From: Gemmatimonadales bacterium
GTDB taxonomy: Bacteria; Gemmatimonadota; Gemmatimonadetes; Gemmatimonadales; GWC2-71-9
Direction of reading: 5' to 3'
Assembly: GCA_036499125.1 (NCBI GenBank)
Contig: DASYEH010000014.1
Location: 187,398-251,397 of the forward strand
DNA length: 64,000 nt
Position numbers and translations under genes: made by a program
Shown here: piece after piece, positions 1 through 8,683 of the stretch
Position numbering within the stretch: position 1 is the stretch's first letter
Layout: the number at the start of each line of letters is the position of its first letter
Notes under the pieces: generated by a model
Told to the model about the DNA's origin: nothing
Database searches by the model: none
What the model saw: only the letters and a program-made list of their open reading frames with translations

Positions 1-507
1 CCGGAGGACGGCGTCTGGGTGACTGGTACGCTTGGCGGTGCCCGCGCGGCGCTCGACGCCTGGCAGTCCGGGCGCGAGCCTGCGGCAATCGCGCGATCAG
101 CATTTGCGCATCCGAGTCCGCGCATCAGTGCAGCTCTCTGGCTCGCCACGCACGGTGCAACCGCGATGATGGATCTGAGTGATGGCATCGGCGGCGATGC
201 GCAGCATCTGGCTGCGGCCTCAAAGGTGCAGCTTCGTCTCACGCTGAACGACCTGCCAATCCATCCGGCGGTAGCCAATGAAGCGGGGCGGGGAGGCATT
301 ACCTCGCCGCTCTTCGCTGCTGACGGCGGCGAAGACTATGAGTTGCTGGTGACGCTGCCGCGGGAGTTTGATGCGGCTGGTGCGTTTGAGCGCGATCACA
401 ACCTGGCGCTGACTCGGATTGGTGACGTGTGCGACGGTGCCGGCGTCATTGCCACGCTTGATGGAAAGGTGGTCGCCCTCAACGGCTACCGGCATCGCGT
501 CAAATAG
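1..507 (+). CDS. thiL: Thiamine-monophosphate kinase, C-terminal fragment (5' end outside window)
   Basis: Frame 1 is open from base 1 (PEDGVWVTGTLGG...). ORF track 19..507 shows ThiL/AIR-synthase-like C-terminal motifs (VTGxLGG, MMDLSDGIGGD, GGEDYELLVT). Confidence 0.7.
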   Translation, partial: PEDGVWVTGTLGGARAALDAWQSGREPAAIARSAFAHPSPRISAALWLATHGATAMMDLSDGIGGDAQHLAAASKVQLRLTLNDLPIHPAVANEAGRGGITSPLFAADGGEDYELLVTLPREFDAAGAFERDHNLALTRIGDVCDGAGVIATLDGKVVALNGYRHRVK

Positions 508-628
508 CACATCGCTGGTGAGTGTCCAGGGTTCCGGGATCACGTGAGCTCGCGGCTGAAGCCGCGGCTCGGCACACAAGTGCTGAAGCACTCCATCCTG
601 CGTGAACGACTCTCCATGGCGCACCTGA

Positions 629-655
629 CAGCCATCAGCCATCAGCCATCAGCCA
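629..655. repeat. Tandem heptamer array (CAGCCAT) x about 3.7 in the thiL/arsR intergenic region
   Basis: Read directly: cagccat cagccat cagccat cagcc. The same heptamer forms both arms of the inverted array at 45525..45613. Confidence 0.85.
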
Positions 656-707
656 GACACTAAACCATCCAGTTGACAATCCGCGCCCGCCCCATATATT
701 CAACCAT

Positions 708-1070
708 ATGGTAAATCAACGCTCGCAGCACCTCGACGCTGTCTTCCACGCCCTCTCCGACCCGACCCGCCGAGGCATGCTCCGCCGGCTGGCTCGGCGG
801 GAATGGGCAGTCACCGAGCTTGCCGCGCCGTATGACATGTCGCTGGCAGCTGCGTCGAAGCACATCAAGGTGCTGGAGCACGCCGGACTGGTGCACCGCA
901 CCATCCAGGGGCGGACCCATATCTGCCGGCTCGCCTCCGCGCCGCTCGCGACGGCGCATGAGTGGCTCGACTTCTATGCCCAGTTCTGGACTACCAGCCT
1001 CGACATCCTTGAGGGGTTGCTGAGCAGCGAGAAGCGCAAGCGTCCGGCCAAGGGTGCGTCTGATGAGTGA
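708..1070 (+). CDS. ArsR/SmtB-family winged-helix transcriptional regulator
   Basis: LSDPTRRGMLRRL...TELAAPYDMSLAAASKHIKVLEHAGLV is the classic ArsR HTH signature. It is followed by co-oriented SRPBCC genes, a common arrangement. Confidence 0.85.
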   Translation: MVNQRSQHLDAVFHALSDPTRRGMLRRLARREWAVTELAAPYDMSLAAASKHIKVLEHAGLVHRTIQGRTHICRLASAPLATAHEWLDFYAQFWTTSLDILEGLLSSEKRKRPAKGASDE

Positions 1071-1071
1071 C

Positions 1072-1590
1072 ATGGCGACTTTCCCGGACCCGGTCTCGCT
1101 GCGACTGGAACGTCGCCTTCCCGGGACGATCGGCCAGCTCTGGCGGTACCTCACCGATAGCGACCTGCGGGCCCGCTGGCTCGCGGCCGGACCGATGCTG
1201 CTGGTCGCGGGCGGCGCCTACGAGATGACGTGGGATAACGCGGCACTCTCCGCGCCAGGCGACGAACCGCCGGAACGTTTTCAGGATTACACCCCGACGC
1301 TGCGTGGCCGTGTGCTGCAGTGTGAGCCACCGCACCGGCTGTCTTTCAGCTGGGGCGAAGGGGAGCACGCCAGTGAAGTCACCATCCAGCTGCAGCAGGT
1401 CGGCGAGGCGGTCGCGCTTGAACTGACGCATTGCGCCCTGCCGTTTGCCGCGCTGCTCGTCGACGCGGCCACGGGTTGGCACGCCCATCTCGACCTGCTC
1501 GACGACCTGCTCTCGCATCGCGCTCCGCGCTCATTCTGGCGCGACTGGCGAGAGCTCAACCACAGCTACATCAACCTGCTCACAACCTGA
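1072..1590 (+). CDS. SRPBCC / AHSA1 (Aha1-like) domain protein
   Basis: ORF 1054..1590. The ATG at 1072 lies 1 nt after the arsR stop. The pattern LRLERRLPG...LWRYLTDSDLRARWLAAGPM...MTWDN is typical of ArsR-linked SRPBCC proteins. Alternative starts are 1054 (GTG) and 1063. Confidence 0.75.
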   Translation: MATFPDPVSLRLERRLPGTIGQLWRYLTDSDLRARWLAAGPMLLVAGGAYEMTWDNAALSAPGDEPPERFQDYTPTLRGRVLQCEPPHRLSFSWGEGEHASEVTIQLQQVGEAVALELTHCALPFAALLVDAATGWHAHLDLLDDLLSHRAPRSFWRDWRELNHSYINLLTT

Positions 1591-1606
1591 CTCACGGAGA
1601 ACCATC

Positions 1607-2155
1607 ATGACTGCATCAACCGAGGAACCGTTGCTCGCCACCTATCCCGAAGCCAACACGCTGCGCATGGAGCGGGTGCTCACCGGCCCGATCGAACGGG
1701 TCTGGCAGTATCTCACCGACGCCGAGCTGCGTGGCAAGTGGCTGGCAGCCGGACCGATGGAACTCAGGGCCGGTGGCCGGGTCGAGATGACGTGGGCCAA
1801 CGACACGCTCTCGCCGCTGCCAGACGAGGTGCCCGAGAAGCAGGTTGGTGCGCGGTCGTCGATGCAGGGAACGGTGGTGGCGTGTGACCCACCGCGGATG
1901 ATTCGCTACGAGTGGCAGATCGGTGTCGATGCGACCGAGGTCACCTTTGAGCTGTCGCCCGCCGGCGAGAATGTCCTGCTGCGCCTGACGCATCGGCGGG
2001 TGACGGTGCCAGCGACGCTGCAGGGTGTCTCGATCGGGTGGCAGTCGCATCTCGACGTGCTGGCCGACGTGCTGGAGGGGAAGACGCCGCGTCCTTTCTG
2101 GAAGAACTTCACGGCCTTGAAGGAGCGTTACACGGTACTACTTGCGGGGAAATAA
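1607..2155 (+). CDS. SRPBCC / AHSA1 domain protein (paralog of the preceding gene)
   Basis: Internal ATG at 1607 of ORF 1445..2155, preceded by GGAGA at 1596-1600. LRMERVLTGPIERVWQYLTDAELRGKWLAAGPM...MTWAND parallels the upstream gene. Confidence 0.75.
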   Translation: MTASTEEPLLATYPEANTLRMERVLTGPIERVWQYLTDAELRGKWLAAGPMELRAGGRVEMTWANDTLSPLPDEVPEKQVGARSSMQGTVVACDPPRMIRYEWQIGVDATEVTFELSPAGENVLLRLTHRRVTVPATLQGVSIGWQSHLDVLADVLEGKTPRPFWKNFTALKERYTVLLAGK

Positions 2156-2215
2156 GTAGCCAACCTGGCCGCGCCCGGAGTAGGACTCGCCGGGCGCGGG
2201 CGGTTATCGTTCGGG

Positions 2216-3361
2216 ATGCCCCCAAGCACTTCCCGCTGCGTTGGCTGCAACGCGCTATTCCCGAGCAACCACCAGCTGGCATCAATTCCCGATGCTGCCC
2301 GCGTCGCATTCGACCCGGCGCGGAGTCGTGTCTGGCGGATCTGCACAAAATGCGATAGCTGGAATCTCCTTGGTACGGAGGCGTCGCTGGCGGTGATGCC
2401 GGAACTCGTCGCACGAATGGCAGTCCAGCCATCGCTGGGCACGGTCGCGCTTCACAGAGTCGACAAGCGCCTTGACCTGATCCGGGTCAGCGAAGACAAC
2501 GAGCAGGGAGTCTCGGGCCAGGAGATGCTGGCGTTCCGGGCCCTGCTCGATCGGCGCCGGCTCCGGCGCCGGGTGACGCTCGCCGTCTCAGGGCTCGCCC
2601 TGGTCGCCGTGGCAGGGCTAGTCTCACTGCTGGCGAAGTTTGATGCGAGCATGCCGCTCCTCGTAGCCTACGACTCCTTCGCCGTACTCCTTGCCGGACA
2701 GGTCATCTGCTGGATCGGGCAGCGCAAGCGTAGCGTGCTGGCGCTGCTGGCCAACGCTGCCCTCGTCGCTGGAGCGGCGTGGGGCCTCTATCATGCGCCG
2801 AACGCATTCATGGAGTCGCACCTTGCCATGCCGGTCATCCAGTTCGCCTGGTTGATCGGGTTCGCGTTCGTGATCCCCCACATTCCGCTGTTGCCTGTCG
2901 GTTTGGGTCACAAGGCGATCCGGATCTCGCTTCGGCAGCTCGAGTCGATCTCGATGTCGTGGGACGCGTCGGACGCGATCGCGTTCCATGATCTTCCGCG
3001 TGGCTTGCATTGCGAGGGTGCCGCGGCCCGGACGCTGGGCCAGAAGATCTTTGCGCTGGCCGCGCAGAGCGGACCGACGCGTCCCGTCTTCGCGAAGCCG
3101 GTTCGTTCGGCCGAAGCCGCCTATCAGCTCCTCAACGGGCTCGGTGGACTCAGGGGCGTCCTCAATGCCCTTGAAGGTTTTCGGCGCGACTCGGATGGGC
3201 GGGTGCTGCTGGCCGATATTCCGACCGTCTATCTTCGCGCTCTCGACCTGGCATATGCGTCGACGGTCACGATCAGCGAAGACTTCGGCCTGGACCGTCT
3301 GGCCGACGCGCAGGAAACGGCCGCGCTCGCCGAGGGGCTTGATCGGGAGAACAGTGGATGA
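2216..3361 (+). CDS. Hypothetical membrane protein with N-terminal CxxC...CxxC zinc-ribbon-like motif
   Basis: 381-aa ORF with good GC3 bias. It has CVGC (aa 8-11) and CTKC (aa 43-46), followed by several hydrophobic helices. No family recognised. Confidence 0.5.
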   Translation: MPPSTSRCVGCNALFPSNHQLASIPDAARVAFDPARSRVWRICTKCDSWNLLGTEASLAVMPELVARMAVQPSLGTVALHRVDKRLDLIRVSEDNEQGVSGQEMLAFRALLDRRRLRRRVTLAVSGLALVAVAGLVSLLAKFDASMPLLVAYDSFAVLLAGQVICWIGQRKRSVLALLANAALVAGAAWGLYHAPNAFMESHLAMPVIQFAWLIGFAFVIPHIPLLPVGLGHKAIRISLRQLESISMSWDASDAIAFHDLPRGLHCEGAAARTLGQKIFALAAQSGPTRPVFAKPVRSAEAAYQLLNGLGGLRGVLNALEGFRRDSDGRVLLADIPTVYLRALDLAYASTVTISEDFGLDRLADAQETAALAEGLDRENSG

Positions 3362-3367
3362 ATGGAT

Positions 3368-4120
3368 CTATTTGATGACGGTGACGTCCGCCGTCCGCAC
3401 GGTCGTGCCGGCGCCGCTGATGTCCTGTGATTGCAGTGTCAACTCGTAGCGTCCGGGCCGCAACGCGGTCACATCAATAATGCGATCGACCGTCGTGACC
3501 GGCCCGTTCAGCGAGCTGTTCCACGCCAATCGCAGCACCACCTTGCCGCGTTTCGCGTTGCTGATATCGGTCACCGTGAGTGTCGTGCGCGCGGTGCCAC
3601 GCCGATTGGCACCATGGATCTGATAGCCCACGTGGACGGAGTCGCTCTGCTTCACGCTGTCTGAGCGCGGCACGAGTAACGTGTCACTGCCGACCGGCCA
3701 GGGCATGGCCCGGGCACTAGACGCGACGAGGAGATCGGACATCACCGTTTCGACGCCATCCCAGGCGCGCTGAGTTCCATGCGCGCGGACCAGCAGATGA
3801 CCGTCCGCGGTGACCGCGAGGACGGTCCACGTCCTGAGCGAGTCACGAGTCGCCAGCAGCAGGTAGCCCGACGTCGCGCCTGGCGGTTCCGTCCAGGTCG
3901 TGTCCGTGGCGAGCCGGTTATCGATGTCCGATTGGTGGACGCTGAACCCTACCGGCAAACCGGCGTTGTCGGGCTTCGCGCCCGGAGATGTTTCCTGGTA
4001 CGCGACGATCGCCACCGACTTGCCGGTGGCGTCCCAGAGGCGGAATCGGGCGGCGTAGCCGATGCTGGAGCTGTCCTGTTGGCCCAGCGCGAATACGGCG
4101 ATGGCAATCCACATCGCCAA
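3368..4120 (-). CDS. Hypothetical secreted/anchored protein
   Basis: 250-aa ORF with a hydrophobic N-terminus (MAMWIAIAVFALG) and a beta-rich, Thr/Ser/Val-rich body. It converges on the preceding gene. Start is TTG 4120 or ATG 4114. Confidence 0.5.
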   Translation of the reverse strand: MAMWIAIAVFALGQQDSSSIGYAARFRLWDATGKSVAIVAYQETSPGAKPDNAGLPVGFSVHQSDIDNRLATDTTWTEPPGATSGYLLLATRDSLRTWTVLAVTADGHLLVRAHGTQRAWDGVETVMSDLLVASSARAMPWPVGSDTLLVPRSDSVKQSDSVHVGYQIHGANRRGTARTTLTVTDISNAKRGKVVLRLAWNSSLNGPVTTVDRIIDVTALRPGRYELTLQSQDISGAGTTVRTADVTVIK

Positions 4121-4197
4121 GAGTAGTCCGGGCTCGCCGTGGCCGCGAACCGGGCTGGATTGACCGGGCGCCGCTGCGCCCCCTAGCTTCGGCCTGA

Positions 4198-5810
<1,613 letters not shown>

Positions 5811-5864
5811 GGGTGGGTTTTTCTTGATTTTCGGGGGTCGGATCGCTAAGCTGCCCCGACGTTT

Positions 5865-5938
5865 GGCTGGGTAGCTCAGCTGGTTAGAGCACGGCACTCA
5901 TAATGCCGGGGTCGCGGGTTCGAGTCCCGCCCCAGCTA
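5865..5938 (+). tRNA. tRNA-Met (anticodon CAT, elongator-like); lysidine-modified tRNA-Ile2 not strictly excluded
   Basis: Hand-folded cloverleaf: acceptor GGCTGGG/CCCAGCT (G1-U72 wobble), D arm GCTC-AGCTGGTTA-GAGC, anticodon arm CGGCA-CTCATAA-TGCCG, T arm GCGGG-TTCGAGT-CCCGC, discriminator A. No CCA is encoded. Confidence 0.9.
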
Positions 5939-6180
5939 TGGATGTGAGCGACCTCGCGGCGGTGTCGTGCGCCACGGTCGGGTCGCGGGTGGAGCTGCGG
6001 ATGCTTCGCCTCCTCGCTCGCCTTCGGCTCGAGTCCCGCCCCAGCTATGGATCTGAGCGACCTCGCGGCGGTGTGTTGCGCGACGGCAGGGTCGCGGGTG
6101 GAGCTGCGGATGCTTCGCCTCCTCGCTGGCCGGAGCCTGTCCTGAGCCGCGGCGAAGGAGCTCGAGTCCCGCCCCAGCTA
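5939..6180 (+). repeat. Two tandem direct repeat units (109 bp and 133 bp), each ending in a copy of the tRNA-Met 3' end
   Basis: cgagtcccgccccagcta occurs at 5921-5938 (tRNA), 6030-6047 and 6163-6180. The units share tggat(g/c)tgagcgacctcgcggcggtgt...gggtcgcgggtggagctgcggatgcttcgcctcctcgct. Confidence 0.85.
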
Positions 6181-6205
6181 TTTGCCCCGGCATTGCCGGA
6201 CCACC

Positions 6206-6237
6206 AAACGGCGTCCGAATGAATTCGGGCGCCGTTT
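6206..6237. terminator. Near-perfect palindromic hairpin between the tRNA-Met repeat region and the converging minus-strand gene
   Basis: aaacggcgtccgaat-ga-attcgggcgccgttt gives a stem of about 15 bp with one mismatch, flanked by A/T runs on both sides. This is consistent with a bidirectional intrinsic terminator. Confidence 0.5.
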
Positions 6238-6304
6238 CGGTTGTCAGGACTGAACCATCGGCTGAACCACGTTTAGAAGTTGTATGGTCCGCTCGGTGGC
6301 CAAC

Positions 6305-7249
6305 TCAGCGCTTGAGTACCGCCAGCACAAGATTCGCCGTCGCCCGATTCGGGCCGTCGCTGAAGAACACGTACACCTTGTGGGTCTTCTCATCGACCGC
6401 GCAGGTTCGCGCGCCACCGCCCGTCGGTACTTTCCCGACCACAGTGAACTTGCTGGGCGAATCCTCGTGCACGACCGTGAGGGTGCTATCGGCGCGATTG
6501 GGATTGAACGCGAGCTTCGCCGATGCATCGAAGCAGTTCATGTCGGCTCGGCTGGGAACCGGAATCCGCGCGACGACGCTGCCGTCATCGGCGTTGATGA
6601 CGACCATTTCCTTGTCGCATGCCATGAAAAGGCGGCGGGTGGACTGGTCCATTGACAGTCCCTGCGCCGTGCCGCAGCCGCTCACTGGCCACGTTGCCTC
6701 GATCTTGAGCGTGGTGGCATCGAATTTTTCGATGGCGCCGGCCTCTTCCACGTTCAGGTAGAGTTTGCCCTTGCCGTCCGCGACACCCGACTCGAGTCCG
6801 TCGCCGATATCTGTCTGGGTGATCAGAGTGCCGGTCTTCATGTCGATCACCCACCCGTTGGAGCCCTCCCAAGCGAACGCTCGATGGGTAAACGGATCGT
6901 AGCGGCTTCCGTCGCCCCGGATTGCGAGGTGCCCCGTCACGGCCAGGGTCTTGAGGTCGAACAGCGTGCCGTTCCGCACCAGGCCGCGGTTGAGGTCGGA
7001 CGCAATGGCATAACCGCCGCCGCCACCCGGGATCGTGCCGATCACGGTGTCCTTGTCAACGTCAATGACCTTGTCGCCGAGACCGTAGAGGCGGCGGTTC
7101 ACGCCATCCACGATGACGTAATCGGCGCGGGCCTGGCCGATGACGATCCGCTTGACCACGTGATACTGAGGGCCCTGCGCGGGGAGCGCTGCGCTGAGGA
7201 CGACGGTGAGCGCCGCTGTGGCAATCCCGGCAATACGGAAGCGAAACAT
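6305..7249 (-). CDS. Secreted YncE/YVTN-like beta-propeller repeat protein
   Basis: Signal peptide MFRFRIAGIATAALTVVLSAALPAQG. Repeated beta-strand modules (LYGLGDKVIDVDKDT, GKLYLNVEEAGAIEKFD, RRLFMACDKEMVVINADDGS, HKVYVFFS) resemble YVTN-type propellers. Confidence 0.6.
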   Translation of the reverse strand: MFRFRIAGIATAALTVVLSAALPAQGPQYHVVKRIVIGQARADYVIVDGVNRRLYGLGDKVIDVDKDTVIGTIPGGGGGYAIASDLNRGLVRNGTLFDLKTLAVTGHLAIRGDGSRYDPFTHRAFAWEGSNGWVIDMKTGTLITQTDIGDGLESGVADGKGKLYLNVEEAGAIEKFDATTLKIEATWPVSGCGTAQGLSMDQSTRRLFMACDKEMVVINADDGSVVARIPVPSRADMNCFDASAKLAFNPNRADSTLTVVHEDSPSKFTVVGKVPTGGGARTCAVDEKTHKVYVFFSDGPNRATANLVLAVLKR

Positions 7250-7306
7250 GACGGCTCCTGCTGAAGTGAACCCGCAATTCTAGTTCGCCAACCTGCCGGG
7301 ACGATG

Positions 7307-7339
7307 ACAAAGAGACCCGCCCCAGCGAACCCGGGTCTC
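7307..7339 (-). terminator. Hairpin plus short T-run downstream of the small minus-strand gene
   Basis: gagacccg (7312-7319) pairs with cgggtctc (7332-7339). On the minus strand the stem is followed by TTTGT. Confidence 0.4.
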
Positions 7340-7345
7340 CACCGT

Positions 7346-7648
7346 CTACCGCTGTGGGTCACCGCGGCCCGTCCGCAGTTCCTCCTCGCGAATCTCTGCC
7401 TGCTGCTTCTCAATGAACTTGCGATCCTGAGCGTCGCGAATCAGTCGCGCCCCCCTGGCCATGGCGCAAACGACCATGCCAACCAGGCAGCCGCCGGCGA
7501 CATTGACGAGGATGCTGGCGATCCCAGCAAGAGTCCAGGAATATCCGGAGGCTGACATGGCGCCGACGACCCCGGTCGACAACCAGAGCGAAACGTCCTC
7601 AGGCCGCAGCAGGCGAAAGATCCAGTGTGATTTACTCGTGGTGGCCAC
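7346..7648 (-). CDS. Small hypothetical membrane protein
   Basis: 100-aa ORF with two hydrophobic segments (LWLSTGVVGAMSASG; LAGIASILVNVAGGCLVGMVVCAMA) and a charged C-terminus. No family recognised. Confidence 0.45.
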   Translation of the reverse strand: MATTSKSHWIFRLLRPEDVSLWLSTGVVGAMSASGYSWTLAGIASILVNVAGGCLVGMVVCAMARGARLIRDAQDRKFIEKQQAEIREEELRTGRGDPQR

Positions 7649-7685
7649 GGTGCGGCTCCTTGCAGCGCCAGCGCGTCACTCCATC

Positions 7686-8633
7686 CTAATGCTTTCCGTC
7701 ACACGCCTTCAGTATCTGCCTCGCGTTTGACCCCGGAAAGCCCAGCGACGGCGCATTCAACAAGTTCGGCGCCTGGATCGTGAGCACCTGATCTGGCGAT
7801 CCGCCACCAGTGTTGGTGACCATCGCGATCCCCATGTTGGGCACCACGGTGATCGTCGTCTGCGTGTTCGGCGTGTTCGTTGGTGAGTGCTTGGGCGGCG
7901 GCTCGGTCCGCGTTTCATTGTATTGAAAGATGCTTCCGGCGCCATCGGTCTCGATCGAGATCAATCGCGCCATCGTCTGGCCCCGCGGAAAGAGCATCAA
8001 CACATAATGATGACTGGGGTCGTGCGGCGCATTGCTGCTCGGCCGGCACTCGCCAGCGTCACGACCAATCGGCACCCGCGCGACCCACTGCGCCGGATCG
8101 GTCAGCATTCCCGTCGAACGCAGCACCCGGATTTCGGCCGGATGATTTGCCGCTGCGGCGGCCGCGGCGGAGTCTGGCGGCGGTACGCTGTCGCGGGTGA
8201 TATCGCGCGTTGGGTGCGTGGGCGGGGTGAAGTGATAGGTGATACTGTAGCGCATCGTCTGGCCGCGCTGGAGCGGCTCGAGGCGAAGAAAGAGGTGGGT
8301 CTCACCAGGCTTGAGTTCGCGATCGTAGGTCGTCTGATCGCAGGTCTGCACCAGGTTGGCGCAATCGTGCAGCGTGATGTAGTTGAAGACGAGCACCTCG
8401 CCACCGGTATTGCGTGCATAGACGCCGGCGGCCCCGCTGGACATTGGAATGTCTTCGATCCAGACCCGGATCTTGCCCGGCGCGGGCGTGATATACTGGG
8501 CGCTGGCGCCCGCGGTGGCGAACAGGCCGGCAGCAAGGAGCAGGGACTGGGCGGTGCAGGAACGCGGCACGCGAGCCTCGGGGGCAACGGGGGAGACCGC
8601 TGATTGGAACGGAGCGCCGGCGCCCGCCGACAA
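7686..8633 (-). CDS. Hypothetical secreted protein
   Basis: 315-aa ORF with a signal-like segment (LLLAAGLFATAGASAQ). Coding-type composition. No family recognised. Confidence 0.5.
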   Translation of the reverse strand: MSAGAGAPFQSAVSPVAPEARVPRSCTAQSLLLAAGLFATAGASAQYITPAPGKIRVWIEDIPMSSGAAGVYARNTGGEVLVFNYITLHDCANLVQTCDQTTYDRELKPGETHLFLRLEPLQRGQTMRYSITYHFTPPTHPTRDITRDSVPPPDSAAAAAAANHPAEIRVLRSTGMLTDPAQWVARVPIGRDAGECRPSSNAPHDPSHHYVLMLFPRGQTMARLISIETDGAGSIFQYNETRTEPPPKHSPTNTPNTQTTITVVPNMGIAMVTNTGGGSPDQVLTIQAPNLLNAPSLGFPGSNARQILKACDGKH

Positions 8634-8683
8634 GAAGGAAGGCTAGGCCCGGCCGGTGACGGGCGCAATGTGTAACCAACCGG

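Noticed and set aside
546-570. GAGC(T)CGCGGC-TGAA-GCCGCGGCTC hairpin downstream of thiL as an intrinsic terminator.
   Set aside because: The stem is present but has a bulge and is not followed by a T-run. I left it unannotated and mention it only in connection with the nearby heptamer array.
220-642. 140-aa minus-strand ORF overlapping the thiL 3' end and the heptamer repeat.
   Set aside because: It lies antisense to the motif-bearing thiL frame, has no family resemblance, and runs through the repeat.
5921-6180. Possibility that the tRNA-proximal direct repeats are a small CRISPR array or mark an integrated mobile element.
   Set aside because: There are only three copies of an 18-nt core. 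The intervening segments are similar to each other, unlike unique spacers, so it is not CRISPR. No cas genes, integrase, excisionase or phage genes occur within the window, and the units are only 109-133 bp. I therefore do not call a mobile element, only possible att-like scars.
5938-6222. 94-aa + strand ORF starting at the last base of tRNA-Met and spanning the tandem repeat units.
   Set aside because: It is generated by the repeats themselves (internally repeated peptide, no RBS, begins inside the tRNA). It is better explained as non-coding repeat DNA.
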